Assembly: GCA_964608675.1 (NCBI GenBank)
Contig: CAZSOZ010000003.1
Location: 1-64,000, forward strand
Direction: 5' to 3'
Source of the DNA: an uncultured archaeon
Lineage (GTDB): Archaea > Iainarchaeota > Iainarchaeia > Iainarchaeales > 1-14-0-10-31-34
DNA: 64,000 nt
Each line of letters begins with the position of its first letter. Position 1 is the first letter of the stretch. A program made the translations under genes and the position numbers. Of this stretch, positions 35,053 through 44,080 are shown piece by piece. The notes below the pieces were generated by a model that did no database searches, was not told the DNA's origin, and saw only the letters and a list, made by a program, of their open reading frames with translations.

Positions 35053-38000
35053 ATGAATAAAGTAAACGTTTTTTGGTCGGCATTTATTATTTCTTTGCTG
35101 TTGAATGTTCCGTTGTTTTATGCTGTAAGTTCAAATGAATTTTATTTTCAGGATGAATCTGAATTAATTGAAGAACCAGTTAACACTTTTTCTTGTTCTC
35201 AGAGTTCTCTTTCTCCTGAAGAAATTCAGGCTTTTCAGGAAAACATTCTTGAAACAGGTTTTTCGGGAGAAAATCTTTCTGCAGGCTCACAGCCTTTAAA
35301 GGATCGTGAAACACTTGAAAATAATACTGCTTTGCTTGTTTCTCCTGATTCAAATATTGCACAAAAAGTTGAGCTTCCTAATCAGGAGATTTCAGCTGAA
35401 GAAGTTTCTTATCTTTTAAATAATCGTTATGATGGAGCTTATTCTTTTGGTTTGCTTTTGAATGATTCTCTTAGATTAGGCCAGTGCAGGGATAATTCAG
35501 CTGACTGTCCTTTAATGGGAAACAATTTAACTTATAGAACTGATGGAGAGGGATTTAAAGAAGATTTTGTTTCTGTTTGGGGGGATTTAAAGGGAGTGGT
35601 TAATGACTGGTTTGGAAGCAAAAAAGATGTTCCTGGCGAACAGCTTCCTGAAGAAACAAAACAAAGGATTAAGGATTATTTTGAAGCTGGAGCTGAAGAA
35701 GATGTTGAAGGAACAATTGTTAAAAAAGTTCCCGGCGAATACATGTCTAACAGTGTTTTAACTGATGAATTCACTGCTTCTATGGGAACAACATGCAGGG
35801 ATTCTTCTTGTACTATTTCTTTGTATTCTTTTTTTGATAAGCATTTCAATCAATGGTTTTCTTCTAATATGGTGGTTCAGACTGCAGGTCCTACTTTGTT
35901 GTTTGGAGCAAAAAAATTGTTTGGCTTGAGTGCAAGAAGAGGTTTGTTTGGAGCCCAGTTTATTGATGTTGAAAACACTAATTTAGTTAAGAATATGAGA
36001 ATGAAAATTTGGGGTCCTGATTCTTTTTTTTCAGAAAAACTTGGTTCAAGGATTATTCAGCAAAAAAACAAGTATGATGGTTTTCCAGAGTTCTATAAAG
36101 AGTTTGTTCAGAATTCTCTTTATGAAAAAGGAATGGCTGACAGCGACGACACTTCAAGGATTCTTGCTAAATTTCTTGACCCTAAAACTTCTCCTTTGTA
36201 TACTAATGGAACGATTTCAATTGAAAAAAAGAAGGCTTTTGTGCAGTTAGCAAAAGACCTTAAAAGATATACTACTACTGCGGATTGGTATGGTCAGGCA
36301 GCAAAAAGGGAAATGGATGACATAATTGAAGTTTTTGGAAGAGAGTCTCCTCAGGGAATTGAAGCAAGAAGATTATATGGAGCAAAAATGTCCAGATTGT
36401 ATGGAAAGTTTGATGATGATTTGGATGCAGATTTCCCTAATATGATTGCAATGCAGGAAAGGCTTGGATTATGGAATAAAGGATTAAAGAATGCCAGAAC
36501 AGGAAACGTTCAAACTATTGCTGCTGACAGCGATGTATGGAACAACATAATGAAATGGTTTGGTGGACACGGAAAATATGATTTTTCTTTAAGGGATGTA
36601 ACTGATTTTGAGCCCGGAACTTTTGCTAATGCTGCAAGGCACTGGCATGTAAGAGGAGATGATTTAGTTTATTATAAACTTAAACCTACTTTGACTTCTG
36701 ATGTTATTCCAAGAGGAGACTTAAAGGCATGGGTTGCAAAATCAAAGACTGATGATCTTTATGCTAATATTCCTGGTCATGGATTTATTGAAATAAGGGA
36801 TAATACAAAAGATTTTATTTTAGAGCAGGTTCCCGGGGACGTAAGAATTTATAAAGGTTCTTGGTCTGAAGCTGGAGCTCTTAAACCTGAACAAATGGGT
36901 GACCTTCTTGCAGATAAACCGACTAAAAGGCTTCAGAAGGCTTCTGCTATGAATGAACAGTTATGGGGGGCTTTAAGAGAAAAAAATTGGGCTGAAAGAA
37001 AATACTTTAATGCTATGGATAAAATTTTTGCTAATGAAGAAAGGCTGGCTAATGCTTATTTTAGGAGTGTTGGAGGAGCAGCAAAATATACTGTGGTTCC
37101 TTATATTTACTGGCAGGCAAAAAGAGGTTTTGGTGTTGATGAATTAAGTGCTTATATGCTTCCTGAAACATGGAGGACAGTGCATTATTCTTCTGGAGAA
37201 GACAAATTGTATGACGATGCTTTTATTGATTTTTTTGCTAATTCAGGTTCTGATGACGGAGACCTGTTTATTAGGGTAATTGACAATCTTCCATGGAAAT
37301 ATGTTTTGAATACTTTGTCTGAAAAATTTAATCTTGTTAAACAACAGTATGACCGTTATACTAAACCTAATGGAGGGCTTAGAACTGAAGTGGGAAACAT
37401 TGCAGTTTATTCTAATACTTCTGAGAACTGTATTGGATGTGGCATTACTTTGAATTCTTCTTCTGCAAATGATTTTCTTGCTTTATTTAAGTCTGGAAGC
37501 AGGACTTCTTCTATTGTTTTAGAGGATACTCCGAAAGACGAGCAAAAGAATGGTGCAGTATTAATTAATTATGCTCATCATCTTGATTTGCAGGGAAAAA
37601 CTCCTGAAGGAGTCCCTGAAAAAATTAATTTAAGTGAATCAGTTTCTGAAAATAATACTTGTCAGGATGCAATAGAGGAAGCAGGTTATGGAGTTGGATT
37701 TGCAAACAAACATGGAATTAATCCTGGTTTTTATTTGGCTTCAGCTGAAGCTGCTTCTTATCTTATTTTTGGAATGGGAGGAGCAATTGTTACTGCTGTC
37801 CAGCAGTTTGTTGTTGCATCAAAATTGCAGGGTTGTGTTGATTCAAGTGAAGGTTATTATACTCATTTTTTTGTTCCTGCTTTTGAAGAAGAAGAACCTC
37901 CTAAAGAAAACACTGTTGAGTATTCAACTCAAAAGGTTTCTAATTTAATTGATGATGCTTCTTCTCAATTAGAATCTTTTTTTACTGGAACAGGAACTTT

Positions 38001-39525
38001 AACTCAGGATGCAGTTGATAATGTTAAAAGAGAACTTGATTCTCTTTCAAGAGGAGCAAAGAGCTCTGATTTAGTTCAGGCAACTTATGATACTTATGGT
38101 TTTTCCAGAGGCATGATGTCTGGAATAAGATTGTTTTATTTTTGGGTTGCTGGAGGCACAAACATTGAGCCTGCAGAATATAAAACTAAAGGAAAAACTG
38201 TAATTGAAGGAGTAAACGGGCAGACTGCTGTTTCAGACAACGAAAAAGGAAATTTGGTTGTTGATGGAAAAGAAGTGTTGAATTCTGAAGATCATGTTAG
38301 AATGGCTTCAACTGATTTAGCAATTCCTGCGACTGCTTATCCTAATGATTTGAGTATGACAAGATTTTCAGGGAATCCTTCTCAATTGGTTTTTGAATTA
38401 AAGATGTCTCCTTTGGGGGATTCAGCTGACATTGTTGTTCAAGATAAAGATTTATTGGATTGTATTAAGGAAGGAGTTTTAAAGCAGACAGGCTTGTCTT
38501 TGAATTCAGCTAATTTAAGTGAAGCTTTTGGTAAATTCAAAGAATTAAAGACTTCAACTCATTCAAGTGTTTTTGTGCAGGATGGAAAAATTGTTGCTGA
38601 AGGAATTCCAAGAAAAACTGCTTTTAATGAACCTGGTTTGGAGGTTTATGGAGACAGAAGCGTTAAATTGTTGAATTCCAAAGACGAGGATCCTGACATA
38701 GGAAAATTAACTGCAATGTATTTTGATAACGGTTATTTTATTTATAAAGAATCCACTAATGAATTTATTTTTTGGTTAAGACATCATGAAAAAGGAAAAC
38801 TAGAACAAGAAGATGTTTTTGGATTAAATGTTTCTCCTAAAATGCAGACTAATCCTGTCACTGGATGTGAAGAGTATGTGTTTGATATGAAAGTTTTAGG
38901 AGACCCTGAGTCTCCTGCTAAATCAGAGAAAGCAAGATTGTTTAATGAGTCTTTGAATAAAATGGGTCCTTTTAGTACATTTAAAACAGATAAAAAAACT
39001 TATGTTTTTTATGAAGATGAAGACTGTAAAATTCATTTAAGAATTATTGATAATGAAACAGGAAAAATTGAGTATGATGAATTAATTGATTCTTTGGATT
39101 CAACTGCTGATGGATTTAATGTAAAAACTGCTGACGGACAAAGTCATGACTTTGGTTTTTCAACTGAAAACGGAAGGCCTTTCCTTGACTATAACGGAAT
39201 AAAAGAATTATTGAGAACTGTTTCAGGACAAAATGGAAGCATGTGGTATGACCCAGAAAAAGGTTTATGGTATGCAGAAAACGCTCAGCTGTTGCCTTTG
39301 CTTGATTTGTTTAGAACTGAAGGTCTTAAGTTAACAGTTGAAGATAATGTTGCAAAAGGAGTTCCTGGAGCCAACACTATGAACATTAATTTGAATGACA
39401 AGACTGCAAACAATCCTTTTAATTTGCCTTCTTTGCCTGAATCTCTTTTGGGTTTAAGCTTGTTTTTTGTTTCTTTGATTGCATGCATGTTTTTGATTCA
39501 GTTTTCAGTTAAAAAGAAAAAGTAA
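35053..39525 (+). CDS. Large secreted protein (1490 aa) with signal peptide and C-terminal LPSLPE-TM-KKKK anchor
   Basis: N-terminal signal peptide, paired Cys, internal hydrophobic segments, C-terminal NLPSLPESLLGLSLFFVSLIACMFLIQFSVKKKK. Confidence 0.85.
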   Translation: MNKVNVFWSAFIISLLLNVPLFYAVSSNEFYFQDESELIEEPVNTFSCSQSSLSPEEIQAFQENILETGFSGENLSAGSQPLKDRETLENNTALLVSPDSNIAQKVELPNQEISAEEVSYLLNNRYDGAYSFGLLLNDSLRLGQCRDNSADCPLMGNNLTYRTDGEGFKEDFVSVWGDLKGVVNDWFGSKKDVPGEQLPEETKQRIKDYFEAGAEEDVEGTIVKKVPGEYMSNSVLTDEFTASMGTTCRDSSCTISLYSFFDKHFNQWFSSNMVVQTAGPTLLFGAKKLFGLSARRGLFGAQFIDVENTNLVKNMRMKIWGPDSFFSEKLGSRIIQQKNKYDGFPEFYKEFVQNSLYEKGMADSDDTSRILAKFLDPKTSPLYTNGTISIEKKKAFVQLAKDLKRYTTTADWYGQAAKREMDDIIEVFGRESPQGIEARRLYGAKMSRLYGKFDDDLDADFPNMIAMQERLGLWNKGLKNARTGNVQTIAADSDVWNNIMKWFGGHGKYDFSLRDVTDFEPGTFANAARHWHVRGDDLVYYKLKPTLTSDVIPRGDLKAWVAKSKTDDLYANIPGHGFIEIRDNTKDFILEQVPGDVRIYKGSWSEAGALKPEQMGDLLADKPTKRLQKASAMNEQLWGALREKNWAERKYFNAMDKIFANEERLANAYFRSVGGAAKYTVVPYIYWQAKRGFGVDELSAYMLPETWRTVHYSSGEDKLYDDAFIDFFANSGSDDGDLFIRVIDNLPWKYVLNTLSEKFNLVKQQYDRYTKPNGGLRTEVGNIAVYSNTSENCIGCGITLNSSSANDFLALFKSGSRTSSIVLEDTPKDEQKNGAVLINYAHHLDLQGKTPEGVPEKINLSESVSENNTCQDAIEEAGYGVGFANKHGINPGFYLASAEAASYLIFGMGGAIVTAVQQFVVASKLQGCVDSSEGYYTHFFVPAFEEEEPPKENTVEYSTQKVSNLIDDASSQLESFFTGTGTLTQDAVDNVKRELDSLSRGAKSSDLVQATYDTYGFSRGMMSGIRLFYFWVAGGTNIEPAEYKTKGKTVIEGVNGQTAVSDNEKGNLVVDGKEVLNSEDHVRMASTDLAIPATAYPNDLSMTRFSGNPSQLVFELKMSPLGDSADIVVQDKDLLDCIKEGVLKQTGLSLNSANLSEAFGKFKELKTSTHSSVFVQDGKIVAEGIPRKTAFNEPGLEVYGDRSVKLLNSKDEDPDIGKLTAMYFDNGYFIYKESTNEFIFWLRHHEKGKLEQEDVFGLNVSPKMQTNPVTGCEEYVFDMKVLGDPESPAKSEKARLFNESLNKMGPFSTFKTDKKTYVFYEDEDCKIHLRIIDNETGKIEYDELIDSLDSTADGFNVKTADGQSHDFGFSTENGRPFLDYNGIKELLRTVSGQNGSMWYDPEKGLWYAENAQLLPLLDLFRTEGLKLTVEDNVAKGVPGANTMNINLNDKTANNPFNLPSLPESLLGLSLFFVSLIACMFLIQFSVKKKK

Positions 39526-40479
39526 TTATTTTTTTCCTGCTCTTTTTCTTAGTTGTTCAAAGTATGCTTCTCTTTTTTTTTGTATTTCTGAAAGCCTGTT
39601 TTTTGACAGCCTGTAATTTTTTTCGTGGTCTTTATGTAATTCTATTGCTTTGGTTAATGCAAGGTATTTCATTTTAGCTAAATTGCTTTTGTATTCTCTT
39701 AAATATGGAAGTCTAATGAATTCACCAGGATTTAACTTGAATCCAAATCTTTCTAATCCGGTTATTCTGCAGAATTCTTCAAATGGTTTTCCTACTTTTT
39801 CAAATAATGCTTGATAATTCATTTTGTCTGCAAATTTATTGTGGTTTTTTATCAGGTTCTGCAGGGTTCCTTCATATTTTTTTAAAAGAATTCCGTTTTC
39901 CCATGCTTTTCCTGCTTGTTTTGCTTTTTCAACTATTTCGTTCCATTTTTTTGTTCCTTTTAATTTGTTTATTCTGTCTAAATTGTTTTTGAAGGGATCT
40001 GTAGGATGAACAAAGTTTGCGTCCCCCCAGAATTCTTTTCTGAATTCAGGTGAACCTCTTAATAAAACTAAAAGCTTGTGTCTTTTTAGTGCTTCTTTTT
40101 CTGCTTGAATTCTTGCAATATTTTCGCTTACTTTTTCTCTTATTTTTTTTTCTTCTTGTTTAATTTTTCTTTCATAGTATCTTCGTGTTTCGTCTTCCAT
40201 TATTTCTTTCAAACTTAAATTTGATTTTTTTTTGATTTTTTGGGTTCCTTTTTTTTCTCCGTAAATGTGAATATGAGTACTGTCTCCTATTTTAACTTTT
40301 TTTCCAGGAATTTTTTTTCCTTTTCCGTCATCAATAATAAATTTTGAAGGCTTCTTTTTTACGTTTACTGTATCGCCTTCTACTTCCAGGTTTGTTTTCA
40401 TTCCGGGAACTTTAACTGTAGGGGTTTTTTTCTTTTTTTTTCTTTTTGGTTTGGGTCTTCTTCCTATTCCTCCAGGCGT
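39526..40479 (-). CDS. Basic hypothetical protein; frame is open upstream of the called ATG (40401) to an ACG at 40479 and beyond
   Basis: In-frame extension reads (T)PGGIGRRPKPKRKKKKKTPTVKVPG-MKTNLEVEGDTVNV; 5' end uncertain. Confidence 0.6.
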   Translation of the reverse strand, partial: TPGGIGRRPKPKRKKKKKTPTVKVPGMKTNLEVEGDTVNVKKKPSKFIIDDGKGKKIPGKKVKIGDSTHIHIYGEKKGTQKIKKKSNLSLKEIMEDETRRYYERKIKQEEKKIREKVSENIARIQAEKEALKRHKLLVLLRGSPEFRKEFWGDANFVHPTDPFKNNLDRINKLKGTKKWNEIVEKAKQAGKAWENGILLKKYEGTLQNLIKNHNKFADKMNYQALFEKVGKPFEEFCRITGLERFGFKLNPGEFIRLPYLREYKSNLAKMKYLALTKAIELHKDHEKNYRLSKNRLSEIQKKREAYFEQLRKRAGKK

Positions 40480-40496
40480 TTTTAATCCCTTCTTTT

Positions 40497-40721
40497 TTAT
40501 TTTTTTCTTTTAACTATAGGTTTTTTTGGAATTTTCCCTATGTTTATTGTAATAGGTTTTCTTTGTACGTTTACTCTGTCGCCTTCTATTTCTAAGTTTG
40601 TTTTCATTCCCGGAACCCTTGTGTTTGGTTTTTTTCCGTTTGCCGGCGGTTTTCTTTTATGCTTTTTTACTTTAATTGGTTTCCTTTTTTTTGGAACTGG
40701 CCTTCTTCTTGGTGCTGGCAT
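40497..40721 (-). CDS. Small, very basic Pro/Lys/Arg-rich protein sharing a VPGMKTNLE(I/V)EGD motif with the downstream gene
   Basis: GGAGG SD is properly spaced for the ATG-CCA start (MPAPRRRP). Confidence 0.6.
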   Translation of the reverse strand: MPAPRRRPVPKKRKPIKVKKHKRKPPANGKKPNTRVPGMKTNLEIEGDRVNVQRKPITINIGKIPKKPIVKRKK

Positions 40722-40784
40722 AAATTTCATCCTCCTTTATTTGTTATTTATTTTATATTTTTCTTTTTTTATTAAATCTTGTTT

Positions 40785-41534
40785 TTAAGTGTACATTGGT
40801 GTTTGGCCTTCAAATTTTTCTACTTTGCTGGATGTTTTTTTTATGTTATTGAAATGTTTTAATAGTTCTTTTTCTGTTTTTTTTGCTTCGTTTAATAACG
40901 GTTTTGTGTCTACTTCCAGTGAAAGCATTTTTGAAAGTTTTTCCAGAATTCGTGCTGCTGATTTGTAGTCTGCCTGCAAATTAACGCTTCCTAAAAGGCT
41001 TATTGCTTCAAAGTTTTCTTCTTTTTTTAATTGCAGTAAAATTAATGAAGTTATTCCTGTTGTAATTCCTTCTTTTATTGGTTCAATGCCGTGTTTTTTT
41101 AGTACTTCTAATGATTTTTGGTTTGAAGCTATCCCGTAAATTTTGTTTTGTTCTTTTGCTCCTGTATTAATTCCTTCAATTGAAATAAGTCTTGCAAAAT
41201 TGTTTTCTTCAATCCATTCAACTATTGCTTTTGCCATTTTGTCTGCATAATATTTCGGCACAATTTGTTCTGAAATAATTATTGCAATTTTTTTTTCTTC
41301 GTTAACATAAATTCTTGAAGGATTAACGGGTTTTCCTTCATGGATTCTTATTATTGGAATAAAAATATTTGTTTCAATATGACCTGCTTCTTTGAAGTTC
41401 ATTTTTTCTGCTAGATATTTTGCACCTATTGTTCCAACTAATCCCATTCCGGGAAAGCCTTCAATTAATGTGTATCCTGAAAAATTTACCGGCGTTTTTT
41501 CTATAAATTCTATTTTCATTTCTTCTTTTATCAT
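40785..41534 (-). CDS. PAC2-family proteasome assembly chaperone
   Basis: LIEGFPGMGLVGTIGAKYL, ITTGITSLIL and ADYKSAARIL motifs. Confidence 0.88.
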   Translation of the reverse strand: MIKEEMKIEFIEKTPVNFSGYTLIEGFPGMGLVGTIGAKYLAEKMNFKEAGHIETNIFIPIIRIHEGKPVNPSRIYVNEEKKIAIIISEQIVPKYYADKMAKAIVEWIEENNFARLISIEGINTGAKEQNKIYGIASNQKSLEVLKKHGIEPIKEGITTGITSLILLQLKKEENFEAISLLGSVNLQADYKSAARILEKLSKMLSLEVDTKPLLNEAKKTEKELLKHFNNIKKTSSKVEKFEGQTPMYT

Positions 41535-41633
41535 TATAACCCCTTTTTTTAATAAAAAAGGCTTTTAGTCTTTATTAAAGTATGTTTTTTTTTCCAGCAA
41601 GTTTTTTAAAGATCTGAATTTATTATTATTCTT

Positions 41634-42281
41634 ATGCCTAAAAAACCCAGAAACCCAAAAAGAAGACTTTCTCCTGCAGGAAAAAGAAATCTTGCTAAAA
41701 GGCAAAAATTGCTTAATACAAATTTTTCTGTATTGGGAAAAAAAGCAAATTCAAGGAAAGAATATTTTCACAGATTGCAGGATTTGGCGTGGAAGCAGAT
41801 AGGAAAAGCAGATTTTTTGAGGTTGAAGAAAGGAGCAGGGCCTTTTTTGATTCCAAAAAAAGCAAATGTAAACAACTGGATTTTGAGAAAAACAATGCTG
41901 GATTTTTTTGCAAAAAATCCTAAAAAAAACATTCAGTTATTCAGGGATGCTTTTCGTTTTGAAGCAGATGAAAGTTTGAGAAAAGATGCAGTTAATTTAT
42001 TGAGGAAATCAAATGATAAAGCTTCAGCGCCGTTTATTTTAAGTGAATTAAAAAAAGAAGATAATGGATTGTATTTCAGGCTTTCTTGTGCTAAAGCTTT
42101 AAATAAACTTGGAGGAAAAAAAGAAAGAACTGAATTGCAGAGAATGCTTAAAGAAAAACATGAATTTGCTGAAACTCCTTTAATGTTCAGGCTTGCTTTG
42201 GCTTCAAGTCCTGCGGAATACAGGAAAGTTTTAAGGGAAATGAAGGAAAAAGAAATTATTTTTGATTTAAATCTGCATTAA
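41634..42281 (+). CDS. Basic protein with HEAT-like repeats
   Basis: MPKKPRNPKRR N-terminus; LRKDAVNLL..ASAPFILSEL..FRLSCAKALNKLGG resembles HEAT/PBS-lyase repeats. Confidence 0.6.
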   Translation: MPKKPRNPKRRLSPAGKRNLAKRQKLLNTNFSVLGKKANSRKEYFHRLQDLAWKQIGKADFLRLKKGAGPFLIPKKANVNNWILRKTMLDFFAKNPKKNIQLFRDAFRFEADESLRKDAVNLLRKSNDKASAPFILSELKKEDNGLYFRLSCAKALNKLGGKKERTELQRMLKEKHEFAETPLMFRLALASSPAEYRKVLREMKEKEIIFDLNLH

Positions 42282-42291
42282 ATTCATTCAA

Positions 42292-43287
42292 TTATAGAAT
42301 TAATGCAAAATTATATGAAAGAATTCCTATGGGAATTAAAATCAAAGAGTAAACTAAAAATTTTTTTATTTGTCCTTCTTGGTTTGCAATAAACAGAGAA
42401 GAAATTAATGCGTATTCTATTATGTAAATTTGGTTTGCAAGCATTGAAGCAGAAATTAATTCATTTCTTTGAATTTCGTTCATTCCTAATCCGAGTTCTT
42501 CTATTCCTATGAAATTCATTTCCTGTACAAATCCTACAATTAAACCTAAAAGCATTGGGACAATTATTCCTCCTGCCAGAATTAAAGTATATTTTTGTAT
42601 GAATAAAGATGCAATTCTTTCTTTTATGATTGACTGGGTTTCAAGAATGTCTTCTGCGCTTTCTTTGAATACTTTGTTCATTTCTGCTCCTGATTTGTTT
42701 CCTTGAATTAACAAATTTAGTGCACGGGAAATTATTCTGCTTTTGCTTCTTTCTGAAATCCCTTGCAATGCTTTTTCTATTGTTTTTCCTTTTTGTATTT
42801 CGTTGAATGCTTTCCTGAATTCTTTTGAAATCAGACCGTAATCTGATTTTGAAATGTATTCAATTATTTTTATGATTGGAGTGCCTTTTGGAAAAATGCT
42901 TGCCTGAAGCAAAACATCAGGAATTATTTCTTCTTTTTCTTTTTTGTTTTTTTCAAATAAAAACAAATGATAAAAATAATGAGTTATTCCAGGAATAATA
43001 AAGCAAAAGCAAAACAGAAGAAATGAATAAAAAAAATTTAATTCTTGTAAAGAAGAAAATCCAATTGAAATTAAACCAAAAGCAAAACCTGTTCCCAAAT
43101 ACCATTTAATTATTTGTTTTGAATTCAGTGTACAGTTGTTTTCTTTTAAAATCTGAGTGAATTCATTTATTTTTTTCCATTCAAAAAAATTAATTTGGTT
43201 TTCAGGATATTTTGTTTTGTTTTTTTGTTTTAGTTTTTTGAATTCTTTTCTTGTTTTTTGAATTATTTTTTTTATTTTTTTATTCAT
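42292..43287 (-). CDS. Type II secretion F / TadC-like membrane protein
   Basis: PDVLLQAS..YGLISKEF..IQKG..IEKAL..SRIISRAL..SGA pattern followed by TM helices; in operon with the ATPase. Confidence 0.85.
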   Translation of the reverse strand: MNKKIKKIIQKTRKEFKKLKQKNKTKYPENQINFFEWKKINEFTQILKENNCTLNSKQIIKWYLGTGFAFGLISIGFSSLQELNFFYSFLLFCFCFIIPGITHYFYHLFLFEKNKKEKEEIIPDVLLQASIFPKGTPIIKIIEYISKSDYGLISKEFRKAFNEIQKGKTIEKALQGISERSKSRIISRALNLLIQGNKSGAEMNKVFKESAEDILETQSIIKERIASLFIQKYTLILAGGIIVPMLLGLIVGFVQEMNFIGIEELGLGMNEIQRNELISASMLANQIYIIEYALISSLFIANQEGQIKKFLVYSLILIPIGILSYNFALIL

Positions 43288-43292
43288 TTTTT

Positions 43293-44078
43293 TTATTCCT
43301 TCATAAATTCAGGAGTTTTGCTTTTTATCAGCAGAAGTATTCCTGAATTAATTAATGGAAAAAGAATTACTGTGATGAACAGAATCTGGCTTGCAGTGAA
43401 ATCCAATTCCATAAAAGTGCTTCCAATTGAAACAAACGCCTGAAAAAAAGCAGGAATTATTGCAGACAAAACTATGAACACAACTGAATACATTGTCATT
43501 TTGGATGTAAATTCTTTTGATTCTGTTTTTTGTCTGGAAAGCAGTTCTTTTGCCAGCTGTTTTATTGGTTCTCCTTTTTCGTGGGAGCCATGTTCGTAAA
43601 TGCTTATAATTTGTGAAACACTTCTTTTCAGTATTTTTGAGTCAATTCTTTCGCTTAAATTAAATAATGCTTTTTGTATTGTTGCTCCGGCTTTTATTTC
43701 TTGAACGCATTTTTTTATTTCTTCTGAAAATTCTCCGTATTCGTCAGTTAAATTTTCAAGTATTTTTTCAAAGCTTAAATTAATGTTTAATTCAACTGAC
43801 ATTGCCATTAAAGCAAAAGGCAGATGCTTTTCAATTTTTTTTGCTTTTTTTTTCTTTAAAATAAACGGGATTTTTAATGCAACAAAAATTCCTGAAAGAA
43901 AAACAAGGATTCCTGAAAACAATGCAGTTGTAAGTTTTGTAAATGCAAAAACGCTTATCAATGAAATAATTCCTGCTGTAAGGGAATACTTTACTGCTTT
44001 TTTTGTGAATTCTTTTTCAGTTAAATTTATTCCTGCTTTTTTTAAGTTTTTTTCTTTTGCCAGAAAAATTTTTTTCAT
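43293..44078 (-). CDS. Type II secretion F / TadB/TadC-like membrane protein
   Basis: IEKHLPFAL..YGEFSEEI..IKAG..IQKAL..SKILKRSV pattern. Confidence 0.85.
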   Translation of the reverse strand: MKKIFLAKEKNLKKAGINLTEKEFTKKAVKYSLTAGIISLISVFAFTKLTTALFSGILVFLSGIFVALKIPFILKKKKAKKIEKHLPFALMAMSVELNINLSFEKILENLTDEYGEFSEEIKKCVQEIKAGATIQKALFNLSERIDSKILKRSVSQIISIYEHGSHEKGEPIKQLAKELLSRQKTESKEFTSKMTMYSVVFIVLSAIIPAFFQAFVSIGSTFMELDFTASQILFITVILFPLINSGILLLIKSKTPEFMKE

Positions 44079-44080
44079 TT

